Below, in pieces: positions 18,678 to 28,702 of a stretch of 64,000 bases of DNA. Position 1 is the stretch's first letter, and each line of letters begins with the position of its first letter. Where the stretch lies: positions 1 through 64,000 of the forward strand of contig JANMQY010000058.1 in NCBI GenBank assembly GCA_031370785.1. Direction: 5' to 3'. Below the pieces are notes generated by a model that worked only from the letters and a program-made list of their open reading frames with translations, did not search any database and was not told the DNA's origin. Source of the DNA: Candidatus Eiseniibacteriota bacterium (GTDB lineage: Bacteria; Eisenbacteria; RBG-16-71-46). The translations under genes were made by a program, and so were the position numbers.

Positions 18678-20228
18678 ATGTTCCCGCGTGCACGCTTGCC
18701 CATCGCCGCAGCGCTGCTCGCGCTCATTGCGGGCGGATGCGGCCGAAGAGCATCGCCTCCGGTGACCGCGCACTGGCTGGTGAGCCAGGCGGCGCCGACG
18801 TTCGATCCCGACGGTCCTCCGGACCCCACGCGCTGGGCGCTGCAGCGGCTCCTGTCGCGCGGGTTGCTGGATCAGGATTCCGCGGGCCGCATCGTTCCCG
18901 CGGGCGCCGAGCACTTCACCGTGTCGGCCGATCATCTCACCTGCACGCTCGTGCTGCGCCGCGATCTCGTCTTCACCGACGGCACGCCGTGCACCAGCAA
19001 CGACTTCCGCGTCGCGATCAGCGCCGGGCTCAATCGCACCGACCACTGCACCAAGCTGTGGCTGCTGCGCGCGGTGCGAGGCATGGACGCGGTGCGCGCA
19101 GGGCGCCCACTGCCCGAGCTCGGCATCGAGACTCCGGACGCACACACACTGGTGCTGCGCCTGGCGCGTCCCGATCCGCGCCTGCCGCGCAAGCTCGCGC
19201 TTCCAGGGGTGGCGACGCCGTGGAAGAGCCGCGCCATCGGTGAGCCCTGGTCCAGGGTCGTCGGGGTGGGTCCGTATCGCGTCGCGTATGTCGAGCCGGG
19301 ACGCCGGATGGTGCTGGCGCGCGCGCCGAGAAGCGCGCTGGCGCGCTGGATCGCGGGGCCGGACACGATCGCGATGCGATTCGTGATCGGCGAAGCCCGG
19401 TTTCGCGCGGTGCTGCGCGCGTCGTCGCCGGATCTGGTCTGGCCGATTCCGCCCGCCCTGCTCGGCGAGGACATGGTGAGTGGCTTTCGTGTGAACGAGC
19501 GCGCCGCGGTTCCGGTGCGACGGCTGCTGCTGGTGACGCGTGCCGACGTGCCGCCGACGACCGGTCTCGCCGCGCGCCATGCGCTGGCGCACGGGCTCAA
19601 CCGCGCCGAGCTGCAGGCGGCGCTCGGGCGCGCCGCGCTCGAGCCCGCCCCGTGGCTCGCCGGGGCGGGGCCCTTCACCTATCCCAGGCTCGATGCCGCC
19701 GAGGTGGCGCAGTGGCTGGACCGCGGAAAGCTGGGCCGCTCGTTTCACATCACGCTCTCGTTCGACGCAGACGGCGCGGGCGGCGGCGTGGCGCGCGAGA
19801 TGCAGGGCGCATGGTCGCGGCTGAACGTGTATGCCGAGCTGAAGCCTTTGCGCGGGAGCGCCGCCTCCCGCGAAGCGCTGGTCGGACAATCTCAGGCGCT
19901 GCTGGTCGAGTCGCAGGCCCTGATGCCCGGACCCGAAGCCGAGCTGGCGTTGCTGGTCATGCCGTTACGCGGCCCTGCGGTCGGGACCTTCCGGACCGGA
20001 TGGCGCACCCGGGAATTCGACCCATGGATTGCCGAAGCGCGCGCGGGGGCGGGACCTTTTCCGGCCGCCGCCGCCCAGGCCCGGCTCGAGGAAGAACTGG
20101 TTGCCCTGCCGCTGGTTCGCCTGCCGTGGCGCTGGCTGGAGCGCCCGGGCGGCAGTGAAGTGCATTTTCACCCGCAATTCGGGCCAGAACTCACCTCCCG
20201 GGTCACGCCTCAACCCAAGGTGCGTTAA
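18678..20228 (+). CDS. ABC substrate-binding protein family 5 (OppA/DppA-like), probable lipoprotein, no cognate permease nearby
   Basis: IAGGC lipobox; TFDP, LVFTDGTP..S.D, DAHTLVLRL, VGVGPY. Confidence 0.75.
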   Translation: MFPRARLPIAAALLALIAGGCGRRASPPVTAHWLVSQAAPTFDPDGPPDPTRWALQRLLSRGLLDQDSAGRIVPAGAEHFTVSADHLTCTLVLRRDLVFTDGTPCTSNDFRVAISAGLNRTDHCTKLWLLRAVRGMDAVRAGRPLPELGIETPDAHTLVLRLARPDPRLPRKLALPGVATPWKSRAIGEPWSRVVGVGPYRVAYVEPGRRMVLARAPRSALARWIAGPDTIAMRFVIGEARFRAVLRASSPDLVWPIPPALLGEDMVSGFRVNERAAVPVRRLLLVTRADVPPTTGLAARHALAHGLNRAELQAALGRAALEPAPWLAGAGPFTYPRLDAAEVAQWLDRGKLGRSFHITLSFDADGAGGGVAREMQGAWSRLNVYAELKPLRGSAASREALVGQSQALLVESQALMPGPEAELALLVMPLRGPAVGTFRTGWRTREFDPWIAEARAGAGPFPAAAAQARLEEELVALPLVRLPWRWLERPGGSEVHFHPQFGPELTSRVTPQPKVR

Positions 20229-20232
20229 TCCG

Positions 20233-20262
20233 TTGACCGTGGTCTGAACCGTTCCTTATTGT
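20233..20262 (+). promoter_or_regulatory. Putative sigma70 promoter of the C25 protease gene
   Basis: TTGACC-N18-TATTGT in an AT-richer intergenic stretch. Confidence 0.35.
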
Positions 20263-20408
20263 TATGGCTCCCCGGACCTCTCGGGCCAGTGATGACACCC
20301 TTGTTCAGTGCACTCGATGCCCACTTCAGACCGTTCGCGCGTGCCCAGTGATCATTCCTTCGCGCCGCGCTCGAGACGCTCCACGACCTTCATAGCGGGG
20401 AACACACC

Positions 20409-23400
20409 TTGATGACGTCTCGATGGATGGCCCAGACCCTGTGCGTTGCCGTGATGCTTGCAATGGCAGTACCGGTCTCGGCCGGTTCGACACTCGAGCG
20501 CGAGTTCCGATTCGCGCAGGAGCGCGTGCGACTCACCGATCGCGGCGCCATCACCCAGGTGGAGTTTGAAGGCGGAGCCGCGGAGGACGCCGCCGGTCTT
20601 CCCGACCTGCCGTGGATCTCCCAGCGCGTCGACCTGCCCGAAGGACAGAGGGTCTCGTCGGTCGAAGTGATCTCGATCGAAACCGAACTGCTGCGCGCGC
20701 GCGCCGCACTCCCGAGTGCGGTCATTCCCAAACCGGGCCTGGGGCCGATCGAGCGCTCGACACCCGATCCCGAACGCTTCGCCCGCGCCGGATTTCAGCC
20801 CGAGACGCCGGTACGAGTCGGAACGCAGGGCTATCAGGCCGGGCACGGAGTGGCCATGCTGCTGGTGAGCCCGGTGCGCTGGGATGCGGCGAGCGGCCGG
20901 CTCGAGCGTGTCACCCGGCTGCGCGTTCGCCTCACTCTCGAGAGCGATCCCGGAACGCCGCTCAAGCGCGAGCGCATCGTGCGCCAGTGGGAGCCGCGGC
21001 GCGGTGACCTCGATCTTTCGGCACGCCTCGCCGATGCGGCGGTCAGCGTCGATGAGGGCCAGGCGTTCGGATCCGGGGCCGCAGTGCGAGCCGGCGGACC
21101 GACGCGCGGCGCCCGCCCGTTCCGCGCGACGCAGGTGCCGTCGCTGCTCGGCAGTCCGGTGGAGTACGTGATCGTGACCCGCGACGACATGGCCTCCGAG
21201 TTCCAGCGTCTTGCCGACTGGAAGACCCGCTCGGGCGTGCCCGCCGTGGTGCGCACCATCTCGTTCATCCGCCAGAACTATCCGTCCGCGACCGATGACG
21301 CGGATTGCATTCGCCAGTTCATTCGCGACTGCTACACGCGCTGGGGCACGCAGTGGGTCCTGCTCGGAGGCGACACCGACGTCGTTCCGGAGCGCATGTG
21401 CCACACCACATATTTCACCAGCGAGGACATCCCGAGCGACATGTACTTCGAGTGTCTCGACGGCAACTGGAACGCCAACGGCAATCATCTCTACGGCGAA
21501 GGGCAGAGGACCTTCGTCGATCTCGGAGACCAGGCCGACCTGCTTCCCGAAGTTTTCGTGGGCCGGGCGCCGGTCTCGACCGTGGCTGATGCCCAGTTGT
21601 TCGTGAACAAGTCTCTGCAGTACCAGAGCACGCCGCTCGGCGACTACGAGAAGAACCTGCTGTTCTTCGCCGAGGTGCTGTTCCCGCAGCCGTGGTCGCC
21701 CGGTCAGCAGATCCAGGCCGACGGCGCGGACCTGGTGCAGGACGTGATTCCGTTTGTCGCGGCGAATCCCGCCCTGCACTACGTGAGGCTTTATGAGAAT
21801 TACCCTGCGTGGCCCGGTTCCCTCCAGGAGCGGCGCTCGATCGTGGTCGACTCGCTCAACCGTGGCTACAACGTCGCGGTGCACGTCGGACACGGCTACC
21901 GAAACGTCATGTCATGCGGCGACGAGGACATGACCAACGCCGATGCCCAGGCTCTCACCAACGGCAATCGGCTGATGAACATGTACGCGATCAACTGCAC
22001 CTCGAACGCGATCGATTTCCCGAGCATCGGCGAGGCCATGCTCCACGCGACCGGCGGCGGCGCGGTGACCAACATCGGCTCGACCCGTCTCGATTTCCCG
22101 AACACGGGGCGCAACTACCAGAAGGAATTCTTCAGGCTCCTCTACCACGACAGCGTCACCGCGGTCGGCGAGCTGCAGGCACGGCAGAAGCTGCCGTTCG
22201 TCGGCTCGGCGGCATTCGACAACGTGAACCGCTGGACGCAGACCACGCTGCTGCTGCTGGGCGATCCCGAGCTGCGCATCTGGACCGGGACGCCGCGCAC
22301 CCTGACGGTGAGCGCGGCGGCCTCGTTCGCGCTCGGCGACACGACGCTCCCGGTGCACGTCCAGATCGGTGCGACGCCGCTCTACCAGGCGCGCGTGACC
22401 GCATGGAAGGCCAATGACGAGTACGCCTCGGCGCTGACCGACGGCGCGGGCAACGTGGTGCTGCCGTTCGAGCCCGACAGCCTCGGCAATTTCAAGCTGA
22501 CCGTCACCGGCTACGACTGCCGTCCCTATCTGGCGACGATCCCGGTGGTCGCCGGGACCCGCGCGGTGCTCGCCGATCTGAGTCCGATCATCGACGATGA
22601 CAATACGGGCGGGACGGCCGGGAATGGCAATGCAACCATCGATGCCGGCGAGACGGTGGAAGTGCACATTCCGCTGCGCAACAACGGCGCGCTCGCCGCG
22701 GTCTCGGTGGTGGCGACGCTGAGCACGACCGATCCGATGGTGACGTTCCTGCTTCCGAGCATCGGGTACGGGACGATCGCGCCGGGGGCGACCGCGAATC
22801 CGTTCCTCGGCTTCCGCTTCCAGGTGCCGTACACGTTCCCCGATCAGCGCGAGATCCCATTCAGCCTCTCGATCAACGATGCCGCCGGCGACCATCAGGT
22901 GGAGATGCTGCAGATCACCGGGCGCGGGCCCGAACTGCGGCACTACTCGCACGGCCTCGTGGATGCGGGAGGCACGCCCAACGGGATTCCCGAAGCGGGC
23001 GAGACGATCACCTACACCGTGAAGCTCAGGAACCGGGGCACCGGGCCGGCACCGGGCGTAACGGGTATCCTGCGCAACCTCGATGGGCTCACCACCGTGA
23101 CCGACAGCACCGCGTCGTGGGGAGACATCGCCGCGGGACAGGAGAAGAGTGCGGATTCCTTCTCGTTCGGCGTGATCGATCCCGCCGGCCTGCTGCAGCT
23201 GCGGCTGTCGGATGCCTACGGCCTGCTTTCCGTTGCGACCGTCGATCTCGGCTATCCCGCGCAGCCGATCGACGTCAACGCGAAGGGCGGGGGCACCACG
23301 ATCAAGCTGACCTGGACGAAGTCCGAGGACAGCGATCTGCTCGGATACGTCGTGTACCAGTCGACCTCCATGGTCGGGCCCTACGTCAGAACCAACCTCG

Positions 23401-25154
23401 TGCCCACCGACCGGACCTCGTATGCGCTCGACGGGGATCTCGCGCCGCTCACCCACTACTACTTCCGAGTGTCCGCGGTGGATTCCTCGGGTAACGAGTC
23501 GACGCAGTCGTACTTCGCGGAAGCGATCACCAATCCGCCGAATCACACGGTGTTCCCGCTTCCGATGGCTCGGACCACGCCGGCGCCGGTCGCGATCGAC
23601 CACATCTACACCGGTTACCCGATGGACATCGTGGCCGGGGCCGAAATCCTGTACGTGCTGCATCCGGACGGCAGCGCCCCGGTCGATGCGGACGGTCAGG
23701 GCACCACGCTCGGAGATTTCACGCGCCGCGGTCTCTACTACGCCGCGGGTCCGTCCATCGCCGACCTGGACGGTGACGGCGAAAAGGAGATCATCGGCGT
23801 CACCTGGGATTCGCTGCGCGCCTACGTGTTCGACAAGCAGGGCAACGTGAAGCCGGGATGGCCGGTCGTGACGGGCGACGTCTGGTCGTCGGCCGCAATC
23901 GGGGATCTGAACAACGACGGGAGCAAGGAGATCTGCTTTGGCGCGAACAGCCAGAATTTCTACGTGTTGCGCGCCAACGGCGGCGACTTCCTCGACGGCG
24001 ACTCGGATCCGGGCACGACCGGCGTGTTCAAGGTGATGAACGGCTACTACAACTACAGCACGCCGGCGCTTGCCGATCTCGACGGCAACGGTCAGATGGA
24101 CATCATCATGGGCGGCGCGGACGGCAGGCTCTACGCGTGGCGGCCGGACGGCAGCAATCTGCCCGGATTCCCGGTCCAGCTCAGCCTCGCCATCACCTCC
24201 TCGCCGGCGATCGGTTTCCTCGACGGCTCGGGCGACACGCAGCCCGAGATCGTGGTGGCGGGCAAGAACGACTCGCTCTACGCGTTCACGAGCACCGGAG
24301 TGCGCAGGCCAGGCTGGCCGGTGCGCGTGCTGGGCGGCGGCACCAGCAAGACCCCATCGCCGGCGCTGGCCGACATGGACAACGACGGTTTCCTCGACAT
24401 CGTGCAGGCCGGAACCGACGGCCTGATGCACGTGTTCAATCGCAACGGTGTGCCGATCGCCCCGGTGAACAACGTGCGCTTCAGCTCGCTGACCCTGTAT
24501 GCGTGCGAGAGCAGCCCGATCGTCGCGGACATCAACGGCGATGGATGGAACGACGTGATCGTGGGCAGCGAGGATGCGACGCTCACCGCGATCAGCGGCC
24601 AGAACGGCCTGGTCCTGGCGGGCTTTCCGATCCCACTCAACGGAGAGGTCCGAGGTACGCCCGCGGTCGGTGACATCGATGGCGACGGCAAGACCGAGAT
24701 CGTGCTCGCCGGCTGGGACAAGAACCTCTATGTATGGGACTACGACTTCGCGTTCTCGCCGAACGGTCCGCCGCCATGGCCGCAGTTCCACCACGACGCG
24801 ATGCGCACCGGGTTCGCCAGCAATCCGGTGTTCGTGAGCGTGGACCCGGTCGCGGGCGAACTGCCGCGCTCGATCGAATTCGCGGTGCCTCAGCCGAACC
24901 CGGCGCGGGGCGGGACGCGCGTGCGCTGGGCGATTCCGGCGGATCGCGTCGGTTCGATGCTCGACGTCTCGGTCTTCGACCTGAGCGGCCGGCACATGCA
25001 CACCCTGTGGCACGGCGTCGCGAAGAGCGGGCGCTTCTCCGAGCAGTGGAACCTGCGCGATACCAGGGGTGGCTCGGCTTCGGCCGGCGTGTATTTCGTT
25101 CGCCTGAGTCTCGGTCGCGAGGTCAGGACGCAGAAGCTGGTCGTGCTCCGCTAG
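20409..25154 (+). CDS. Secreted C25 (gingipain-like) cysteine peptidase with propeptide, Ig/Fn3 domains, FG-GAP repeats and FlgD-Ig/T9SS-like C-terminal domain
   Basis: EYVIVT, VLLGGD, SDMYF..LDG, VGRAPV, HVGHG (His), AINCTS (Cys), LLGDPEL; several ADLDGDG/GDLNNDG/ADINGDG repeats; tail PNP..VFDLSGR..WN....G..AGVYFVRL..KLVVLR. Confidence 0.88.
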   Translation: MMTSRWMAQTLCVAVMLAMAVPVSAGSTLEREFRFAQERVRLTDRGAITQVEFEGGAAEDAAGLPDLPWISQRVDLPEGQRVSSVEVISIETELLRARAALPSAVIPKPGLGPIERSTPDPERFARAGFQPETPVRVGTQGYQAGHGVAMLLVSPVRWDAASGRLERVTRLRVRLTLESDPGTPLKRERIVRQWEPRRGDLDLSARLADAAVSVDEGQAFGSGAAVRAGGPTRGARPFRATQVPSLLGSPVEYVIVTRDDMASEFQRLADWKTRSGVPAVVRTISFIRQNYPSATDDADCIRQFIRDCYTRWGTQWVLLGGDTDVVPERMCHTTYFTSEDIPSDMYFECLDGNWNANGNHLYGEGQRTFVDLGDQADLLPEVFVGRAPVSTVADAQLFVNKSLQYQSTPLGDYEKNLLFFAEVLFPQPWSPGQQIQADGADLVQDVIPFVAANPALHYVRLYENYPAWPGSLQERRSIVVDSLNRGYNVAVHVGHGYRNVMSCGDEDMTNADAQALTNGNRLMNMYAINCTSNAIDFPSIGEAMLHATGGGAVTNIGSTRLDFPNTGRNYQKEFFRLLYHDSVTAVGELQARQKLPFVGSAAFDNVNRWTQTTLLLLGDPELRIWTGTPRTLTVSAAASFALGDTTLPVHVQIGATPLYQARVTAWKANDEYASALTDGAGNVVLPFEPDSLGNFKLTVTGYDCRPYLATIPVVAGTRAVLADLSPIIDDDNTGGTAGNGNATIDAGETVEVHIPLRNNGALAAVSVVATLSTTDPMVTFLLPSIGYGTIAPGATANPFLGFRFQVPYTFPDQREIPFSLSINDAAGDHQVEMLQITGRGPELRHYSHGLVDAGGTPNGIPEAGETITYTVKLRNRGTGPAPGVTGILRNLDGLTTVTDSTASWGDIAAGQEKSADSFSFGVIDPAGLLQLRLSDAYGLLSVATVDLGYPAQPIDVNAKGGGTTIKLTWTKSEDSDLLGYVVYQSTSMVGPYVRTNLVPTDRTSYALDGDLAPLTHYYFRVSAVDSSGNESTQSYFAEAITNPPNHTVFPLPMARTTPAPVAIDHIYTGYPMDIVAGAEILYVLHPDGSAPVDADGQGTTLGDFTRRGLYYAAGPSIADLDGDGEKEIIGVTWDSLRAYVFDKQGNVKPGWPVVTGDVWSSAAIGDLNNDGSKEICFGANSQNFYVLRANGGDFLDGDSDPGTTGVFKVMNGYYNYSTPALADLDGNGQMDIIMGGADGRLYAWRPDGSNLPGFPVQLSLAITSSPAIGFLDGSGDTQPEIVVAGKNDSLYAFTSTGVRRPGWPVRVLGGGTSKTPSPALADMDNDGFLDIVQAGTDGLMHVFNRNGVPIAPVNNVRFSSLTLYACESSPIVADINGDGWNDVIVGSEDATLTAISGQNGLVLAGFPIPLNGEVRGTPAVGDIDGDGKTEIVLAGWDKNLYVWDYDFAFSPNGPPPWPQFHHDAMRTGFASNPVFVSVDPVAGELPRSIEFAVPQPNPARGGTRVRWAIPADRVGSMLDVSVFDLSGRHMHTLWHGVAKSGRFSEQWNLRDTRGGSASAGVYFVRLSLGREVRTQKLVVLR

Positions 25155-25180
25155 CAGCCCCGGCGCACACCGCCGAATCT

Positions 25181-25212
25181 CGAGGGGCGGACCCGACCGG
25201 GTCCGCCCTTCG
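25181..25212 (+). terminator. GC-rich hairpin after the protease gene
   Basis: CGAGGGGCGGACCC-gacc-GGGTCCGCCCTTCG; weak U-tract. Confidence 0.55.
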
Positions 25213-25296
25213 CGTTCGGGCGCGCCTTGACCGTGTCGCCGCGCCGCCCTAGTGTGCGCCGATTCCACGACCACCTTGCGAGGAGATCCGTCACTC

Positions 25297-26775
25297 ATGA
25301 GTATCCGCGTCCGCTTTGCCCCGAGCCCGACCGGCTACCTTCACGTGGGCGGCGCCCGCACCGCGCTGTTCAACGACCTCTACGCCCGCCGTCACGGCGG
25401 CGTGTTCGTGCTGCGCATCGAGGACACCGATGCCGCGCGCTCGACCGATGAGTCGCTCACCGCGATCCTCGACAGCCTGAAGTGGCTGGGACTGAACTGG
25501 GACGAGGGCCCGGGCGTCGGCGGCGAGTTGGGTCCCTACTTCCAGAGCGAGCGGCGCGCCCTGTATGCGCGCCATGCCGAGGCCCTGCGCGCGGCCGGGC
25601 GAGCCTATCCCTGCTACTGCACCAGCGAGGAGCTCGAGGAGCGCCGCAAGGCGCAGATGACGCGCAGTGAGGCGCCGCGTTACGACGGGCGCTGCCGCGC
25701 GCTCGATGCGGCCTCACGCGCGAAGCTCGAGGCCGAGGGCCGCGGTGCGGCGCTCCGCTTCGTGCGTGGCGAGGTGACGGAAGTGGGCTGGACCGATCGG
25801 GTGGCGGGGACGATCGCGTTCCCCGGCGAGGTGCTCGACGACTTCGTGATCCTGCGCTCGGATGGGCTCCCGACCTACAACTTCGCGTGTGTGGTGGACG
25901 ATCACGAGATGAGGATCAGCCACGTGATCCGTGGTGACGATCACATCTCGAACACGCCACGCCAGCTGCTGCTGTATCGAGCATTCGGATGGGAGTTGCC
26001 GGAGTTCGCGCACGTGCCGATGATCCTCGGCGCGGACGGTTCGCGGCTCTCGAAGCGACATGGCGCGACTTCGGTTGAGGCGTACCGCGACCTCGGCTAT
26101 CTGCCCGAGGCGATGGTGAACTTTCTCGCGTTGCTCGGCTGGTCTCCGGGAGACAACCGCGAGCTGTTCTCGCTCGCCGAGCTGGAGCAGCTGTTCTCGC
26201 TGGAGCGCTGCGGCTCGAGTCCCGCGGTGTTCAACACCGAGAAGCTCGAGTGGATGAACGGCCAGCATCTCAAGCGCCTGAGCGAAGAGGAGCGGGTGCG
26301 TCGCGTCGAGGCCTATCTCGCCGCGCGCGGCATCGACGTTTCCAGGCGATCTCCCGCATGGATCGCGCAGCTCGTGCACGCGATCGGCGACCGGCTCAAG
26401 ACCCTCGCCGACGTCGAATTCTATGGGGCGTTCGCGCTCAAGGACACGCTCGAGATGGATCCGGTCGCATGGAACGAGCTGTGCGCGAAGCCTGAGGTCG
26501 GTCCCCGCCTCGAGGCACTCGCCGACCGGCTGGCGAAGGACACGGCGTATTCGCTCGAAAGCCTCGAGGCCGCGACCCGGGGCCTCGCCGCCGAGCTCGG
26601 GGTCAAGCCTGGAGAGCTCATGTCGGCGGCGCGCGTCGCGCTCACCGGACGCAAGATCGCACCGGGACTCTTCGAGGTGATGTCGCTGCTGGGGAAGGAG
26701 CGCGCGGTCGCCCGGCTGCGCGAGGCGGCGTCGCAGTGGCGAGCGGAATCGCCGCTCGCGAACGTGAGCAAGTAG
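25297..26775 (+). CDS. gltX: Glutamate-tRNA ligase
   Basis: RVRFAPSPTGYLHVGG (HIGH), RIEDTD, CYC..YDGRC, VIRGDDH, RLSKR; AGGAG upstream of ATG 25297. Confidence 0.97.
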   Translation: MSIRVRFAPSPTGYLHVGGARTALFNDLYARRHGGVFVLRIEDTDAARSTDESLTAILDSLKWLGLNWDEGPGVGGELGPYFQSERRALYARHAEALRAAGRAYPCYCTSEELEERRKAQMTRSEAPRYDGRCRALDAASRAKLEAEGRGAALRFVRGEVTEVGWTDRVAGTIAFPGEVLDDFVILRSDGLPTYNFACVVDDHEMRISHVIRGDDHISNTPRQLLLYRAFGWELPEFAHVPMILGADGSRLSKRHGATSVEAYRDLGYLPEAMVNFLALLGWSPGDNRELFSLAELEQLFSLERCGSSPAVFNTEKLEWMNGQHLKRLSEEERVRRVEAYLAARGIDVSRRSPAWIAQLVHAIGDRLKTLADVEFYGAFALKDTLEMDPVAWNELCAKPEVGPRLEALADRLAKDTAYSLESLEAATRGLAAELGVKPGELMSAARVALTGRKIAPGLFEVMSLLGKERAVARLREAASQWRAESPLANVSK

Positions 26776-26790
26776 GCGTGGCGCCGAAGC

Positions 26791-26820
26791 TTGCCTCGCG
26801 CCGAGACGCTCTGCTAGATT
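26791..26820 (+). promoter_or_regulatory. Putative promoter for tRNA-Gln
   Basis: TTGCCT-N18-TAGATT with TGn extension, 15 nt upstream of the tRNA. Confidence 0.45.
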
Positions 26821-26835
26821 CTCGCGCCGCTTGTT

Positions 26836-26909
26836 TGCCCGGTGGTGTAACGGTAGCACGACTGGCTCTGGACCAGTTAGTCGAGGTTCGAATCCTTGCC
26901 GGGCAGCCA
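26836..26909 (+). tRNA. tRNA-Gln (anticodon CTG)
   Basis: Acceptor TGCCCGG/CCGGGCA, anticodon arm ACTGG-ctCTGga-CCAGT, GGTTCGAATCC T-arm, encoded CCA. Confidence 0.96.
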
Positions 26910-26967
26910 ATCTCTTCCTCGACCCGCGTCGTGCGCGCGAGTTCCGTTTCGTGATGCGGCGCGGTTA

Positions 26968-26995
26968 TTGACCTGCGTGAACTCGATGGTAAACT
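26968..26995 (+). promoter_or_regulatory. Putative promoter for tRNA-Glu
   Basis: TTGACC-N16-TAAACT with TGn extension. Confidence 0.55.
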
Positions 26996-27037
26996 GCCGC
27001 GCGCCTTCGGCCGCGGTCCATCTCCGAATGGTGTTCC

Positions 27038-27113
27038 GGCGCTATCGTCTAGGGGTCCAGGACAGGTGGTTCTCAGCCATCAGACCGGGGTTCGAATCCC
27101 CGTAGCGCTACCA
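27038..27113 (+). tRNA. tRNA-Glu (anticodon CTC)
   Basis: Acceptor GGCGCTA/TAGCGCT, anticodon arm GGTGG-ttCTCag-CCATC, GGTTCGAATCC, encoded CCA. Confidence 0.96.
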
Positions 27114-27136
27114 TCCCACTGCATCGCCGCGGGCCG

Positions 27137-28702
27137 ATGAATCCCGTCGCCGGGCGCGGCCGCGCCGCTCCACTGCTGTGGCTGGCTCTGGCGCTGGTGA
27201 TCCTGGTCCCGATCGGGTGGGGTGCGGCGTCCACCTATCCGTGGGACGTCGACAATATCGCGCCGGGCTCGGTGCTCAAGGGCCTGGCGCATCATTTCGG
27301 ATCCGGCTGGTCGTCGTCGTACGGCCCGCTGCCCTATCTGCTGGGAGCGCTCGCCGCGCTGCCGGTGCTGGCCGCGATCCGCCTCGGCGGCGGGCTCTCG
27401 CATCCTTCGGCGGAATGGCCGTACGGATTCGCCCAGCCCGAGCGCGCTCTTTCGGCGGTCGTGATCGCGGTGCGCCTGGTGAGCGCATTCATGGCGCTCG
27501 GCATCGTCGCGCTCGCCGCGCGCCGCGAACGCGCGCAGCCGGCGCCTCCGCCGTCGTGGGCGATGCCGCTGATCGCGCTCGGCTCCGCGACGTTCTGCTA
27601 CTACGCGCGCACTTCGAACGTGGACATGCACTACCTGTTCTGGCTGTGGCTCGCGTACCACCTGGTCGAGGCTCCGCTCGCTTCGATGCCGCGCCTCGCG
27701 CTGGGTGCGGCATGCGCGGCGCTCGCGGTGGCGTGCAAGGAACAGGCGGCGCCGCTCGCACTGGTGGTGGTCGTCGCCGCGATGGTGCGAGCGCTCCGCG
27801 GCGCGGACGGCTCCGCGCTCGCGCGAATCGGCGCCGCACTCCTGCCGGCGCTGGCGGCGCTGATCGCGTACGCGATCGTGTGGCAGCTCCCGTTCAACAC
27901 CAGCGGCTGGTGGGAACATCACAAGTTCGTGTTCATGCAGGCGCGCTACCCGCGTTCGTTCCCGCTCAGCGCCGGCGGACTGATCGCACTCGCGGGGCGC
28001 ACCGTGTCCCTGCTGCCGCTCACGCTCGGCTGGCTGGCGACGGTTTCGGCGGCGATCGCGATCGTGCTCGGCGTCTCGTGGCGGGGGCTGGGGCTGCGCG
28101 CGATCGGCTGCGCGGTCTACCTGGTGACCTTCCTCGGTGCGGTCGGCTACGTCTACCCGCGCTTTCTGCTCCCGCTCACCCTGATCGCCTTTCCGCTGGC
28201 CGCCCGCGGGCTGCGCGAATTCATCGGGCTCGCGCGAAACGTCTCGCGTGACGCGCGTCCGGTCGCCGCGGCCGCGGCGCTGCTGGCGCTGACCGGTGGC
28301 CCCACGCTGCTGGCGGTCTCGCTCGCCGAGCCACGACTCGCCGCGGAACGCTGGATCGCGGCCCATGTCCCGCCGGACGCGGTGATCGAGGTCGCGGGCA
28401 ATCCGCAGCTGCAGGCGCGGATCCCGCACGATCGCACGCTGCTGCACACGACCGAAGAGTCGATTGCGATCGATCCACATGGACCGCGCGGGGACGTGGT
28501 GCTGGTTTCGTCGCTCGACGGCTTCTACTTTCAGCGCGATCCGCTGGTGCGCGAGTCGTGGTGGGATCCACTGAACGCGGCCTCTGGCGCTTCGTACCGT
28601 CCGATCGTATTCACGCCCGGTCCGCTCGAGCGTCTCGTCAATGGGCTTCCGGTATCGCCCGAGGTCACGATCTACGTGCGCTCCGATGTGGAGCTGAAGT
28701 GA
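27137..28702 (+). CDS. Polytopic membrane glycosyltransferase, GT-C (PMT/ArnT-like)
   Basis: About 10 TM segments, acidic WDVD in the first external loop, YGP, NVD, ACKE, RFLLP, C-terminal soluble tail. Confidence 0.6.
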   Translation: MNPVAGRGRAAPLLWLALALVILVPIGWGAASTYPWDVDNIAPGSVLKGLAHHFGSGWSSSYGPLPYLLGALAALPVLAAIRLGGGLSHPSAEWPYGFAQPERALSAVVIAVRLVSAFMALGIVALAARRERAQPAPPPSWAMPLIALGSATFCYYARTSNVDMHYLFWLWLAYHLVEAPLASMPRLALGAACAALAVACKEQAAPLALVVVVAAMVRALRGADGSALARIGAALLPALAALIAYAIVWQLPFNTSGWWEHHKFVFMQARYPRSFPLSAGGLIALAGRTVSLLPLTLGWLATVSAAIAIVLGVSWRGLGLRAIGCAVYLVTFLGAVGYVYPRFLLPLTLIAFPLAARGLREFIGLARNVSRDARPVAAAAALLALTGGPTLLAVSLAEPRLAAERWIAAHVPPDAVIEVAGNPQLQARIPHDRTLLHTTEESIAIDPHGPRGDVVLVSSLDGFYFQRDPLVRESWWDPLNAASGASYRPIVFTPGPLERLVNGLPVSPEVTIYVRSDVELK

